NCBI RefSeq assembly: GCF_006345805.1
Contig: NW_021833777.1
Span: 1-55,163 of the forward strand
DNA: 55,163 nt
Direction: 5' to 3'
From: Octopus sinensis
Taxonomy: Eukaryota
In this document: in pieces, positions 24,549-36,889 of the stretch
Layout: each line of letters opens with the position of its first letter
How positions within the stretch are numbered: the stretch's first letter is position 1
Program-made: the position numbers and the translations under genes
Notes under the pieces: generated by a model
Told to the model about the DNA's origin: nothing
The model's database searches: none
What the model saw: the letters and a program-made list of their open reading frames with translations, nothing else

Positions 24549-25199
24549 TTGTGCTTTAAACTTTAAATAATTTTTCCCATCTATTTGTAACTTTTGCTAT
24601 TCGCATATGATTTAGATGGGCAAGCCCGACTCTTTCCTTTCAAAGTAATGACAGGTACTGGCAAAGTTGTGCCATAACTATTTGGTGATGATTCTCTTAT
24701 ATTCTTTTTTCTAGTTCAAAAGTCCTTTTCTTTGGTTCAACTCTGTTCCTGTAAGAAACAATCGTGCTTTTGAGAGTTTTGTATGTATGTTCTCTCTCAC
24801 TTATGTCAGAAAAACGTGCAAATTGTAGAAATTTTTGAGAGCTCTTAATTATTTTGGAAATTTATCAAAGTCTTTTTTGAATTAATCCAGTGTGCAAAAT
24901 TGTTTTGGTTATCTAAGTTTTCCTATTTGAAAGAATAATAAGTATTATTGATCAAATATATATTTCAGGAATGGTTTTGCTTAAACTTACTAAAAATGAA
25001 CTTGGAATAATCAAAAAAGTTCAACTAGATTTATTTTTATGAACCAATTAGAGAAATCTAAAAAAGATACAAAAAATTATCAGAACAGTTAATTTTTGAA
25101 GACTAAGGGATAATATACATAAAATACAAAAACCAGTGATTACGCATTTTAAACTGCAAACTATCGAAGTGATTGTTACATAATTATTTTAGATTGAAC

Positions 25200-25540
25200 A
25201 TATGACGAAATAATCAAATTCCGGAATCAGCGTTATTATTCTCCAAAGGAAATGAAACGGAGGAATTAAGTAAAATCAGAAATAACTATTTCAAAAACAA
25301 CGACAATTGTTTGAATCAACAAAGTGTATATGAAGATTTAGTCGTAGGAGACAATGTCCTACTGAGACACGATATTTATGAAAATCGTAATAATTGAAAA
25401 TATCCATATCTATGATCAAATAGATTCAACGAAATAACAAATATCCAAAGTTGATAAAAATACATGCGACTTAAAGATATGAATAATGATTTATTTAAAA
25501 ATGTTTACAAATGTTTTTAGTCTAAATGTATTAATCTACG
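25200..25540 (+). mobile_element. Probable Ginger-type integrase C-terminal remnant
   Basis: EDLVVGDNVLLRHDIYEN resembles NVGTTVLLR in the family B C-terminus; heavily decayed. Confidence 0.35.
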
Positions 25541-25869
25541 ACCAAACGGTCAGCGAGAGGAATAGATAAACCATTGAAACTTCACTAGACTGATTCTCTA
25601 GTAAAGCGATTCCCAGCCGGAGTTCTGCAAGATCTAATAAATTTCATTGCGGTAATTTATTGAGATCTATTTGTATGTGTTTGTTTCACCAACGTAAAAT
25701 TACAAGTGTAAATAATATCTTCATAGTTATGTCTTATTCTCTCGACCCTAAACACCGAAGAGTTTCTCAACAAGTCACAATAATTCAAATTACTTATGAG
25801 GCCGTATAGTCTCGCCCAATATTTCATCGAGTGAGTCCATCGTCCGAGGCTGCTTTCGGACATCTAAGC

Positions 25870-26930
25870 GATAAAATAAGTTGAGACGACTTTTGTCAAG
25901 ATGAATAAAATTAACCGACTCCTGATTATTCTTTGCTTCAAATTGAAACGCATTCGACTTTACGCGTTTGGCACAAAATGATGGGACGTTGATCTCCGCA
26001 TTATCTTGACAAAGGAGGCAAGATACTCCTCTTCAAGGGGACCTCCGGTAGATCTTGCCATCATTAAGAAGATGTCCTGTCTTTCTGTAAGATGGTCCAT
26101 TAGTTTTTTGACGTTGAGTGTATTTCTCAATTCCAAAGTCAGCTTCATTTTACCACGTTTCAGTAAAATCCGTAAGCACTGGTTCTGTACGACTTCCAGT
26201 TTGTTTTGTGCGCGTATTGACAGTGGCGTAATCCACGACGCACATGCGTGTTCAATTGTAGGCAGTATATATTGTTTGTATAATAACTCAAAATGAGGAA
26301 TAGAAGATATTGGAGATCTGGCAAAAGCTTTGAGAATTCCGATCTTCTTTGGATTCGTGAAACCAGTGACTCCACTTGATTTTTGAACGTCATTAATGGA
26401 TCGAATGTAACTCCAAGGATTGAAGGGTTCCTTTTAAGTGGGATTAGTTGTCCATCCCAAGTTATTTTTATGTCCAGTTCTGTATGTTTCCTGTATGAAG
26501 AGATAATCGTAGTGCTTGATTTCCCAGGTGATATCTTATTCGGTTTTTGAGAAACCATGGCTTCATACAATTAATCGTCTCCTGAACTTTCCGCGTGGCT
26601 TCTTTGTAATCTTGATGTTTTGCTGCAATAATTAGATTGTCAGCGTATGATAAAAGGATTGTATCTTCGTCGTTTGGATTTGGGAGATCTCTTGTAAATA
26701 ATTGGTTATAAGGAGAATCCTTGTGGGACCCCGTTTGGGAGATATCGTTGTTTTGATTTTCGGTTATTCATTATAACCTGTCTACTTCTGCTATTAAGGA
26801 AGTTCGCCAGCCATATCTTGATCTTCGGATGGATCCCAGTGGAGAAAATTTTTGATGTTGAAGTTTTCCTCGGTACTGAATCGAATGCATTTTCGATATC
26901 CAGAGCGACTAACACCGTGCAAGCACTGTT
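25870..26930 (-). mobile_element. APE-type LINE reverse transcriptase, decayed
   Basis: VALDIENAFDSV, YLPNGVPQG, YADNLI, PSILGVTFDPLMTFKNQV motifs; frameshifted. Confidence 0.85.
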
Positions 26931-28419
26931 AAATGCTTTAAAAGTAATAAAATAATGGTATATATTTTAGGTATTTAAATTTGTTAATAAGATCGGGTTA
27001 TGTCGGATGTAGATGATGATACACAGACCAACAATCAACTGAATTTTCACATTAAACAAAAACAGGATCTCATAAATATTTTAAATTCTGAATATAAAAT
27101 GTAATAATATTTTAATATTAATTTTGACATGCCGACGACCATTTGAGGTTTGAGTCACTCTACAACTCCCTCAATGAATCATCCTTCGACAGCAAAATAG
27201 AAATTGCTAAGAAAGAGTTGGCCGATCAGGAAGAACTATATTCCACGTTGATATTGTCGATAGTATCCCTTCTTTTCAACCGATAGACCAATTTAATAAA
27301 TGAGAAAGGCACTGAGCACGAGGGAACAATGTCGTGTTCTGACACAATCCAAGTATTTATTTATTGCTATTTCAAGACTCTTCTCGGTCTTTTCAGAACA
27401 TTTTCCTGCGTGTCTCTGAACAACTTCGACGTCCCTCCCTCGCCCTGGGTTGTCCAGTTGTTGGTGGATTTGGGTGTGTGCAGAATCGATCAGCCTAATC
27501 CAGAACTGCCGATTTTTAATCTTTACTTTCTACTTTGAGGACTGATTTTTGGGAGTTCTCTTTAGTGTGCCCCTGCTTTGCATTTTTTAGATATCATATC
27601 TACTCGACAGCAGCTAAGAGTAAGGATGACTCTTAGGATGCTTGTTAGTGATAAAGCTCGGTGGAAAGATTCTTCTTTGTATTAAGAAACAATTTGATAT
27701 CAAATACTGGTGGGAAGGAAGACCATGATTTGTTCTATGTCTTTTTTAGTGAAAGAATACAAGTTGCGTCGATTTGCACTACGAAAAGGATATTTTTGTA
27801 TTTTTAGTGTGCCTAAGTTGAAAGTTATTTTGGCTACCTTAACAGCATAAGTTTCGAAACCTGTATTTGCTGGTAATACTAATATTCAGAGGCCGACATG
27901 ACTGTTGAAAATCCATCATAATGATTCCATGGGATTCTTTTCCGTGTTGACGGATACTTTGGATTTTATTGATTATATCTTAACTGTGAATGATTAAATA
28001 TTTTATCTTTCAGTTCATAGTTGTGGAAATTTCACTTTTATAAATTAATTATATAAACTGACTTACATATAGGGTGATTCGAAAATAATGAATTTACACG
28101 ACTTTCTGGAATATAAGAAACTTTGTTATGTGCAGTATAGAGAGGCTCTCCTGAATCATGTCCGCAACAAACTGAAACAAGTGCGGGAGTACGACTGGAC
28201 GTACAGAGTAATGAACAGAATTGATTGAGGAGAGCGTTACTGCCATCAACAGTTATTTCCAATTTTGTTTGACTAAAGGGAATGCCAAAAAGGATGAATT
28301 GCAAGACATTATTGTGGTAATTTATTGGCACAGTCTAATCTTCGTTTGGAACATTAATTGTTCCAAAACAGAGGTTGCTCCAAAATCGTATAAAAATTTA
28401 CTATTTTTGTGTACATAAC

Positions 28420-28670
28420 TTCTTTTTTTTTTTTTTTTTTAAATGTTAATTTTTTTTTTAAACAAGAAAGAAATTAAGATAGCTAAGTTAATTAAAGGCC
28501 TCACGAGACACCCGGCCAGCCTCGCGAATGGCGAAGCTGTTCCCTCGGATTACAGCAATCGACAGACGTTCCAGGAGCCAAGAAAACTCTCTTGGATCGT
28601 GACTAGTCCTTGAAATCCGTCGACCGAGCGAGCGAAGGAAGCGGAGTGTCTTGGGGCCGCATAACTATAC
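28420..28670 (-). mobile_element. CRE-clade 3' end with poly(A) tail
   Basis: GPKTLRFLRSLGRRISRTSHDPREFSWLLERLSIAVIRGNSFAIR, followed by A-tracts (plus-strand T-runs near 28423-28458). Confidence 0.75.
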
Positions 28671-29420
28671 TCTGTTGATTATAAACCTTGGAATTTAACG
28701 GAAAACAAAAATTGTTTAAAATAATGAGTAATTTTTTAATTTTAAATTACGTATAAATTTTTTTTCTAAATTATAAAAATCTTTCAGAAAATCCAGCAAC
28801 ATATTTAAAACGTTTTTCTCAACTTTGTTCATGTCATTAATGGCTGTTCTTATAGTTACTTGTTTTCAATTGAAAAAAAATCATTTGATTGATTGATTGT
28901 TCATGGTCAAGAAAAATCAAAATCTCTCATCAGTTAAAGCTTGCTCCAAAGTTCAAAAACGAACAGCGGTAAAGCCACAGCCTTTTTGCGAACCCATCAA
29001 AGCTGAAGATCCCCCAGAACCTCCGAAGTCTACTGTGCCTCAAAAACACAGTGAGACCCAATCCCATCAGACGAAAACTGAGCCTAACACCTCAAGCCTC
29101 ACATATACTCTGAGTATCGAAAACCCGGCACTTGGAAAGATCAAGAGGATCAAGACCTCCTATCCAAGTCGCCAACTGCTTCCAAAGCCCGGATAACTTT
29201 GCAGAAATCCGGCACGTTCATCCTAAAATTCCGATCCCCCGAGGATGCTGTTGCTTTCAAAGCAGAGCTCTCTCAATCGAATATGTTTGGCGAAGGCGGC
29301 CATAAACTTGCCTCAGTAGCTGAGAAGGCCTCAGTCTTGGTCCTTAAAGGAATCCCTCATTGGATCTCGACAGAGGACCTTAACCTCCACTTGAGAGAAA
29401 GTCTACACCTTTTTGGTATC

Positions 29421-29760
29421 GAATATCCGAACTAGGATGTCAAATATCCGAACTGAGATGTCAGACGTCATTATTGTGGTTTCTAATATCCGAACTGAGA
29501 TGTCAAAGGTCATTACTGTGGTTTCTAATATCCGAACTGAGATGTCAAAGGTCATTACTGCGGTTTCTAATATCCGAACTGAGATGTCAAAGGTCATTAC
29601 TGCGGTTTCTAATATCCGAACCGAGATGTCAAACGTCATTATTGTGTTTTCTAATATCCGAACCGAGATGTCAAACGTCATTATTGTGTTTTCTAATATC
29701 CGAACCGAGATGTCAAACGTCATTATTGTGTTTTCTAATATCCGAACTGTGATGTCAAAT
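29421..29760 (+). repeat. Left arm: tandem 42-bp units (9 core copies)
   Basis: Unit AATATCCGAACTGAGATGTCAAAGGTCATTACTGTGGTTTCT; 7 full units plus a 21-bp starter and a partial unit. Confidence 0.95.
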
Positions 29761-30232
29761 GTCCGTTCCTATATTTTCTGCACAATAGTGAAAAAATGAT
29801 ATTTTTTAATGAAATCAATGTTAAGTTGCTAAATATTGTCATCGGGGATTAAATCGTTCATCTCGATAATACTTGGAAAATGTTTCTGCACATGATTGCA
29901 TGTGATGACAGGATTTTCCTCAACATAGTTTATCATTCTCGATATTTCATTGTCTGTAATTTTTGACCATCTGAATCCTCCACGTTTTTTATTAGGTTGT
30001 GAAGCATTTCGTATCCATTTATAAGCTGTATTTCGCTTAACTCCATTCGATTCCGCCACAATATGCCAATCTGCATCTTCATTTTCATAAGCAGATATAA
30101 TTCTCATTTTGGCTTCCAAATTTGTTTTATTATATGTTTTACTAACACGAGAAGAAGTATTCATAGTTTTAGCAAAAGTATTCATTTCGAACGAACAAAA
30201 ATCCATTTATATTTTTTTAGATACGTAATTTT

Positions 30233-30847
30233 GACCTTTGACATCTCAGTTCGGATATTAGAAACCACAGTAATGACCTTTGACATCTCAGTTCGGATAT
30301 TAGAAACCACAGTAATGACCTTTGACATCTTAGTTCGGATATTAGAAACCACAGTAATGACCTTTGACATCTTAGTTCGGATATTAGAAACCACAGTAAT
30401 GACCTTTAACATCTCAGTTCGGATAATAGAAACCACAGTAATGACCTTTGACATCTTAGTTCGGATATTAGAAACCACAGTAATGACCTTTAACATCTCA
30501 GTTCGGATAATAGAAACCACAGTAATGACCTTGACATCTCAGTTCGGATATTAGAAACCACAGTAATGACCTTTGACATCTCAGTTCGGATATTAGAAAC
30601 CACAGTAATGACCTTTGACATCTTAATTCGGATATTAGAAACCACAGTAATGACCTTTGACATCTTAGTTCGGATATTAGAAACCACAGTAATGACCTTT
30701 AACATCTCAGTTCGGATAATAGAAACCACAGTAATGACCTTTGACATCTCAGTTCGGATATTAGAAACCACAGTAATGACCTTTGACATCTCAGTTCGGA
30801 TATTAGAAACCACAGTAATGACGTTTGATATCTCAGTTCGGATATTT
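30233..30847 (-). repeat. Right arm: tandem 42-bp units (15 core copies), inverted relative to the left arm
   Basis: Reverse complement of the same unit; one copy near 30530 has a 1-bp deletion. Confidence 0.95.
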
Positions 30848-31823
30848 GATACCAAAAAGGTGTAGAATCGGACTTCAAGTTCGAAAGATTCTCTCGCAAA
30901 GGAACCGATATGCCTGTCGGCAGACTCACGCTGGATTCCAGAGCCGAGGCCAACACCCTCATCCGCTTTGGAATAACTGCGGGCTTCAGCCATATCCGCT
31001 GCGAATGGCACAAGCCCTCAGCAACGAGATGCTTCCGTTGCAATCAGTTTGGACATACGTCCTACAGATGCTCCGAAAAACTCCGTTGTCTCCTCTGCGG
31101 TAAAGAACACAGGCACAAAAACTGCCCGAGTTCCAAGCCGAAACCAGGTGTCCCAGCTGCAAAAACCTGCATTAACTGCAAGAACACTGGGCACTTGGCG
31201 TGCTACGGTGGATGTCCGTCTGCCAAAGCAGCAACAGCAGCCTCAAGGGTTGCGAAGAGCCCACAGACTAAAAGCCCAGTACGCTGGGTAAAAGCCGAAC
31301 CGATAGAATCAGTCTGGACAAAAGGGTCTCCCCCAAGTCCGTCCAAAGTCGATGTCTCTATTCAGACGTCGCCGGCCCCCAGCACACTCACAAGCGCGGA
31401 GTCAAACACTAATGAGTGCCATAACTCAGAAGTAGTCCGCTCGGCTGTCCCTCATAAGAGGAGAAAAACCCACCGTGACAAAGCTTTGTCACAAAGAAGA
31501 GCCCACTCGGATCAGGACCTACACAACAGAGATTCCCAACTGGAAGTCTTCCGCTGGTGTATAGGAGCCCTGACCAAACTAGGAGTGGATATGAATATGC
31601 TGCAAGAGCTCCTGCTAGAAGGGAGCAATTCAGCAACATAGCCACTATTAACTCTGGCTCACGACAGATGAATTGGACGCAAGCTCAGAAGAGTTCAGTT
31701 GCCTTGGCATCAGTCTCGTCCTATCACCGTCCTTAATTCCTGTCACTTTCTCTTTCTCGGTTAATTACAATAAACTTGATTGATTGATTGTCTTTATATT
31801 AATTGGCCTTTTAAAGTTATTAC

Positions 31824-33324
31824 TAGGGCAACATAAGTCAATAAAGTCAACTTCAATCCAGAGTTAGACTTAAGTCTAAAAATAATGATTAAATTAAAAT
31901 AAAGTCAAAAAAAAATTTATATAAAAAGTTTTTTAGGTCAATTTGGTCAACTTTTTAGATTTACAGGTCAATTTTTTTAATTAGGTCAATTTTTAAATAA
32001 AAATTTAAATAATATTATTTAAAGCATCAAAATAAATTTAAAATAGTCGCAGTGACATTTGTCTCTTATTGTAACAAATTTTAAACTAAATTATAGTGTA
32101 CTTATGCCTAAAAATAAACCTTCGGATTTTAAAAAAGCTAAAAATATTTGTGAAAAATATCCTAAAGAGTTTACAATTACACCAAATGGAATGCTTTTTT
32201 GTAAATTATGTGAGTTACATGTGACATGCAAGAAACAATTTTTTGTGAACAAACACAGGGAAACACAGAAACACTCTTCCCGAACAAATAATATATCCAC
32301 AAATAAAAAACAATTGAATATTGTTCCTCCAAATTATGTCTTCAGAAATTTTGCAACAGACGTAACAGAAGCATTTGTATCCGCAAACATTCCGTTCTAT
32401 AAATTGAGAAATCGAGCAATTATCAACTTATTTGGAAGTATCGGGCATTTCTGCAGGAAATACTCTCAAGCTATTATATTCCACTCTATACCATATCACA
32501 TGTTTTGCTCATTTAGTGCATAATTGTGCACTTAAAATAAAAGTATATTATCCCGAAGTTGATAAATTGATTGCTTGTATCAAAGCACTTGTTGTAAAGA
32601 ACAATTATCGAAGACAATTGTTTAAGGAAATTGGGTACCCACCAGAACCAATAGTTACGAGATGGGGAAGCTGGCTTAAAGCTGTTTCTTACTATGCTAC
32701 AAACCTGCCAAATGTTATTCAAGTATGCACTTCCTTAGAAGGAAATTCTTTGCTCATTAAAAGAGCGAAAGAATGTTTATTTAATGAACATCTTCATGAA
32801 GATCTAACGACGATAATATCACAATATTCACCTTTATTACATTTGCTTGATGATTTAGAATCGACCAATTTTACTATAAAAAAGCATTCAAGTATTTGAA
32901 AACATTGGATTTTAAAGAAGACGTGTGTGGAATAAAAAATTATATTACCAAAAGGATGAATTCCAATGATATCACAAAAATTATGAATTTCGATGATCAT
33001 TCCATTTCACCTTTAGATTATTCTTTGTTGATTGAATGTCAGGCAACATCGTGCGCAGTAGAACGATCATTTTCGGTTCTTAACAAAATCTTAACCAAGG
33101 ATAGGAATTTTAAAGTGGATAATGTACAATATTACTTAATTGTAAATAACTCGATAAACGATGAATAAAATTACTTTAAATTTTCATAAACGTAGTTTAT
33201 ATATGAAAATAAAGTAGTATTTTTACGGTCAATTATTTGGTCAATTTTTAAAATTTTAAGGTCAATTACATTGACTTTTTAAGGGCAATTTTTATTTTTT
33301 TAAGTCAATAAAAATGTTGCTCTA
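31824..33324 (+). mobile_element. hAT (Ac-like, CGGBP1-type transposase) element, internally deleted
   Basis: TIRs TAGGGCAACAT / ATGTTGCTCTA; exact 8-bp TSD GTTATTAC; subterminal (g/a)gtcaa repeats; LFCKLC..KH zinc finger, HITCFAHLVHN, VTRWGSW, CAVERSFS; catalytic mid-region deleted near 32445. Confidence 0.92.
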
Positions 33325-33416
33325 GTTATTACTAATAATTTGCTATGTAGTTGCCATAGAAACACGTAAAAGGACAGGTTGCCCATAGGGGCCTGATCAA
33401 CCATGTCACATATTAA

Positions 33417-33667
33417 ATTTTTTTTTTTTTTTTTTAAATCCAATTTTTAATTATTGAAATAAGTTAGTCAATGATTAAAAGGCACTTGCGGTTGCACGCA
33501 TGATGGAGTGTGCATTGCCGCGAACGACAGCTATTCCAATTTGTTGGAATAACCATGACACTTCTCGAGGCTCCCCACGTCGCCTAGCAACTTTTCCTCC
33601 GACTTCTCTGATGAAAGAAGTCGTAAGAGGGCCGGTTATTCCAGAAGTCAAATCAGTCAAGTCAAAT
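33417..33667 (-). mobile_element. CRE-clade 3' end with poly(A) tail
   Basis: GPLTTSFIREVGGKVARRRGEPREVSWLFQQIGIAVVRGNAHSI; T-run at about 33417-33435. Confidence 0.8.
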
Positions 33668-33760
33668 AATTTATTCCAGACGTATTAATCTGCTAGTTAT
33701 TGGGAGAAAATTAGCACAATTAAATTAATAATATTATTAAATTAATAATATTTTTAACAG

Positions 33761-34005
33761 AATTTATTTGTGATCATTGTGGTACGTCTTTTCCACCAAA
33801 ACGATCATTACACTCACACAATCAAAATATGTCTTCATTGTGCAATACGAATAAAAAACTAAAAGTTTTTACTTGCGAATTTCCTCTCTGCTTAAAAAAA
33901 TATACAACAAAGTTCAATCTTCAAAGCCATATAAATTGAGTACATAAAGGGGTCACTTTTCCTTGTAAATTTGGAGATGGGTGCTCTTTGACTTTTTCTT
34001 CTAAA
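33761..34005 (+). pseudogene. TFIIIA-like C2H2 zinc-finger exon with an in-frame stop
   Basis: AG- and GT-bounded exon FICDHCG..H..FTCEFPLCLKKYTTKFNLQSHIN*VHKGVTFPCKFGDGC; YTTxFNLQSHI matches the TFIIIA (GTF3A) finger signature. Confidence 0.65.
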
Positions 34006-34639
34006 GTAAAATTTATTCTACTAATATGATAACAAAAAATGAATGAACATATTATTTTGACTTGATTTTAATAAACTAAACTTTTATTCAGTTCAATTTG
34101 TTCAGCAAAGACATGTATATAGGATGTATATTTGTAAATATAGTTCCTCATAAAAAATTGGATTTGTACTGTTTATATAGGATTAGATTTAATGTTCTGT
34201 TACTAGTGGCTGATGGCATCACCATGTTCCTGAAGGAATAGTATTGAAGGTAACCTATGCTATTTAGGTGACGGAATAATTAGAGAAAGCTTTGAAACTA
34301 TTTTGTGGAACGCTTGGATTACTTGTGTTGAATTTTGACAGTAAAACTTTGAATATTTCCCGATTAATGAAATTCGATGTCTCAAACATACCATACAGCA
34401 CGGAAGTTGAGCACAATATTGAATTAATAAATTTGAACGGAAGGATTCCTGATGAATTTTGAAACGATGTGCAATAAAATATGTCAAATACAAAGTGTCA
34501 TCACCCTAAACATCGCTGACGTTCGTAAAGCTGCTAAAATCTCTGCAATCGTTGGAGGGAATACGGGAGAAGTCTCAATTTAAAAACTGTGTGCCAGTCC
34601 ATATATGTTGAAGCATTGTGCGTAGGCAATTGATGGTTC

Positions 34640-35000
34640 GAAGTATTGGCGGTAAATATTCGTTAGTACCGGGTGTGACCCGTTTTTCTATAGGCCGGAT
34701 AAAGTTCTGAGGATGTTAATTTTTTTTCTCATTTCCGAAGGAGGTTGTCTGCGTGCGGGAGAAGTAGAAATGCATGCCGAGGGTTACCTCTAGGACCGTC
34801 TGACACCTGTAGAAAGGTACGGATACGTTGTTCAGCTTTAAGTCGACTGAAGTCCTTCCCAATCTTATGTCGGAAGTGAAAAGTGACGTGGCGGATTTCG
34901 GGTTTACCACGAGTCTGTTGTCCGTCAGCCATAGGTTTAGCCGATCCAAGTTAGCTTAGAGCCTTTCAGAGGCCCTCTGGATGTCCTGGTCCCGTGTCAA
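34640..35000 (-). mobile_element. APE-type LINE fragment
   Basis: DRLNLWLTDNRLVVNPKSATSLFTSDIRLGRTSVDLKLNN, paralog of 18343-18600. Confidence 0.8.
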
Positions 35001-35819
35001 AAAGGAAACTGAGTTCTTAAACCAAAACAATTTATTCCAGACGTATTAATCTGCTAGTTATTGGGAGAAAATTAGTCTTCTTTAAGAGGAAGAAATAAAG
35101 AAAACTAATACTTTATTTTCAGTCAGTTACGATTTTTTCCTCACTTTCCATGTTGTCTTCATACAAATGATTTGCGTCAATTATGAAACTCCCGGCTGAG
35201 TTTATCTCTTTTCAGGGATTTTGATTATATTCTTGGTTTGAACATCATACTCTCCAGTGTTTTCGTCAAGACTGTATTTAGATCCAAGTTCCTACTTCAA
35301 TAGACAACTTTTCAATGTAGAGGTCAAACCTCTATTGCTCGACACCTTTTTTCAAAAAATTGAAAATTTCTAAAGAAACCTCCATTGCTTGCCAAATTCT
35401 AAATCTCACCGCTATTTTTCAATGTTAAAAATTTTTTTTAGTTAAACTATCTTTTAATATGAAATAATCTTGACGGCGCTTTATTTAACATGCGAAAATG
35501 TATCAGACTGACGTATAATGATAAAAGACACATAATAGCCTACATCGATGATAACATACATATAATAGAACATATAGCATCTGCTTTTTCTTCAATTTTA
35601 AGAAAAAAATTTAACCAAGATCAATCAATGATCCCAGAATTGAGAAAAAATACTTGATAGTGATTCTTTTTTTTCAAGCAAAAAACTTCCATTTATTTTA
35701 ACATATTCAACTATTAATACAGAAGTTATGACATGAATGGAACATATCAAACTTTGTGGGGATTCATTGACGACAATTCCATTTTTTTGAACGGGAAAAA
35801 AGTTCCCGATCTACACGGA

Positions 35820-36050
35820 TTCATTGATTTCAAGGGTAGCAATGGGTGGCTCTATAAATCCAAGAAACGAGCAATATAAAGTTAAGAACTTTTCACGGAT
35901 AGTCTTATATGAGTGACATAAACCTTGAAGATGAAATCAATTGTTTTATTTCAGTGATTTGCACAAAATTGGAAAAATATGAACCTGAAAATATTTATAA
36001 TGAAAACAAAATAGGAATATTCTGCAAAACGTTTAAAAAGTTTTTTTAAA
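35820..36050 (+). mobile_element. pogo-like transposase remnant
   Basis: FKGSNGWL..KKR and YEPENIYNENKIGIFCK (compare FKASNGWL and IFNIDETCLF at 54368-54712). Confidence 0.55.
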
Positions 36051-36099
36051 AAATTCGCCCAGGCTGAAGAATCGGCTTATTTTATTTCTTATATTTTGA

Positions 36100-36640
36100 A
36101 TGTTCAGTCCAATCTGTTACCACCAATGAATTTGTAGAAATTCGAGTCGATAAAAACCTACCGACTGATAATTCTATCCAGAATAACAAGCCAGACATAT
36201 TTTTTCATGACAAATCGAGCAACACAATTACTCTTATCGAAGTTGAGACCACTTCAAAGATTTGTCTTGAGCAGGTCGAAGTGGAAGTACGATTTGGTGG
36301 CGAATGGACTGGGAGCATCCACCGGGCGAAAGTAAAGATCGTTCCTGTCGTCATGACCTAACGGAACAGTGTCAAAATTCTTCAAAAACCATCTGGCGGT
36401 GCTTGGCATGGAGGACAGGGTGAAGGCATACATCGAGACACTGGTGTTGCGGAAGACCTTAGAAAGCATGCAAGCCGAGACAAGGCACGTGTTATTGATG
36501 CCTGTTAAAGAGGTAGTTCCTGAATCTAGACTCTGCGTTGACATGAATCTTCCCATCGGTGCATTATACGTGGGCCCTAAGAGAATGAGTTTGATGTAAA
36601 AAAATACTACAATTACAATAATTACAATAATAACTAATAA
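36100..36640 (+). mobile_element. R2-like RLE retrotransposon 3' fragment
   Basis: EIRVDK..NNKPDIFFHDKSSNTITLIEV..KYDL..KIVPVVMT..HLAVLGMEDRVKAYIETLVLRKTLESM; simple-repeat tail at 36600-36640. A second C-terminal remnant lies at about 35170-35400 on the minus strand. Confidence 0.8.
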
Positions 36641-36889
36641 TTGCGTGTTCTTTTCAGAGTTAAACTTTATTGCTAATATATGTTACTTTGCACTTATTTT
36701 CCGAGGCGTGGTGACAACAATATTTTTTTAGATTAAATGATATAAATATTCAACTTTTCAAGCATAAAACCATTAATCGCTCCAACCAAATTCGAAATAG
36801 CAATGAAGATTAAAATCACTTGCACCGCAAAAAACAAAATAACTGCTAATTCGGTAGTTATGTCACCAGGAAGGATTGATATACAAAAA

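Larger units (their letters stand above)
29406..30862 (-). mobile_element. Foldback-like IS630/Tc1 derivative with modular TIRs
   Basis: Ends CACCTTTTTGGTATC / GATACCAAAAAGGTG with TA TSD; arms made of 42-bp tandem units; the ~470-bp centre encodes only a transposase N-terminal HTH (RIISAYENEDADWHIVAESNGVKRNTAYKWIR..KKRGG). Confidence 0.85.
28901..31775 (+). mobile_element. ORF1(gag)-only non-LTR retroposon, interrupted by a foldback element
   Basis: Removing 29406-30862 plus one TA restores ..HLRESLESDFKFERF..; three CCHC-type knuckles (CFRCNQFGHTSYRC, CLLCGKEHRHKNC, CINCKNTGHLACYGGC); AATAAA at 31769; 16-bp flanks TTGATTGATTGATTGT at 28885-28900 and 31776-31791; no RT. Confidence 0.8.

Noticed and set aside
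26990-28330. Several protein-like stretches (for example DDHLRFESLYNSLNESSFDSKIEIAKKEL) as host genes
   Set aside because: No coherent exon chain or recognisable family could be assembled by eye; needs a homology search.
29421-30847. 42-bp repeat arrays as a CRISPR array or as repeat-protein genes (ORFs such as SNIRTEMSKVITVV x n)
   Set aside because: Units are contiguous with no unique spacers and no cas genes. The long ORFs in several frames on both strands arise because 42 is a multiple of 3. The arrays form the inverted arms of a TA-flanked transposon.
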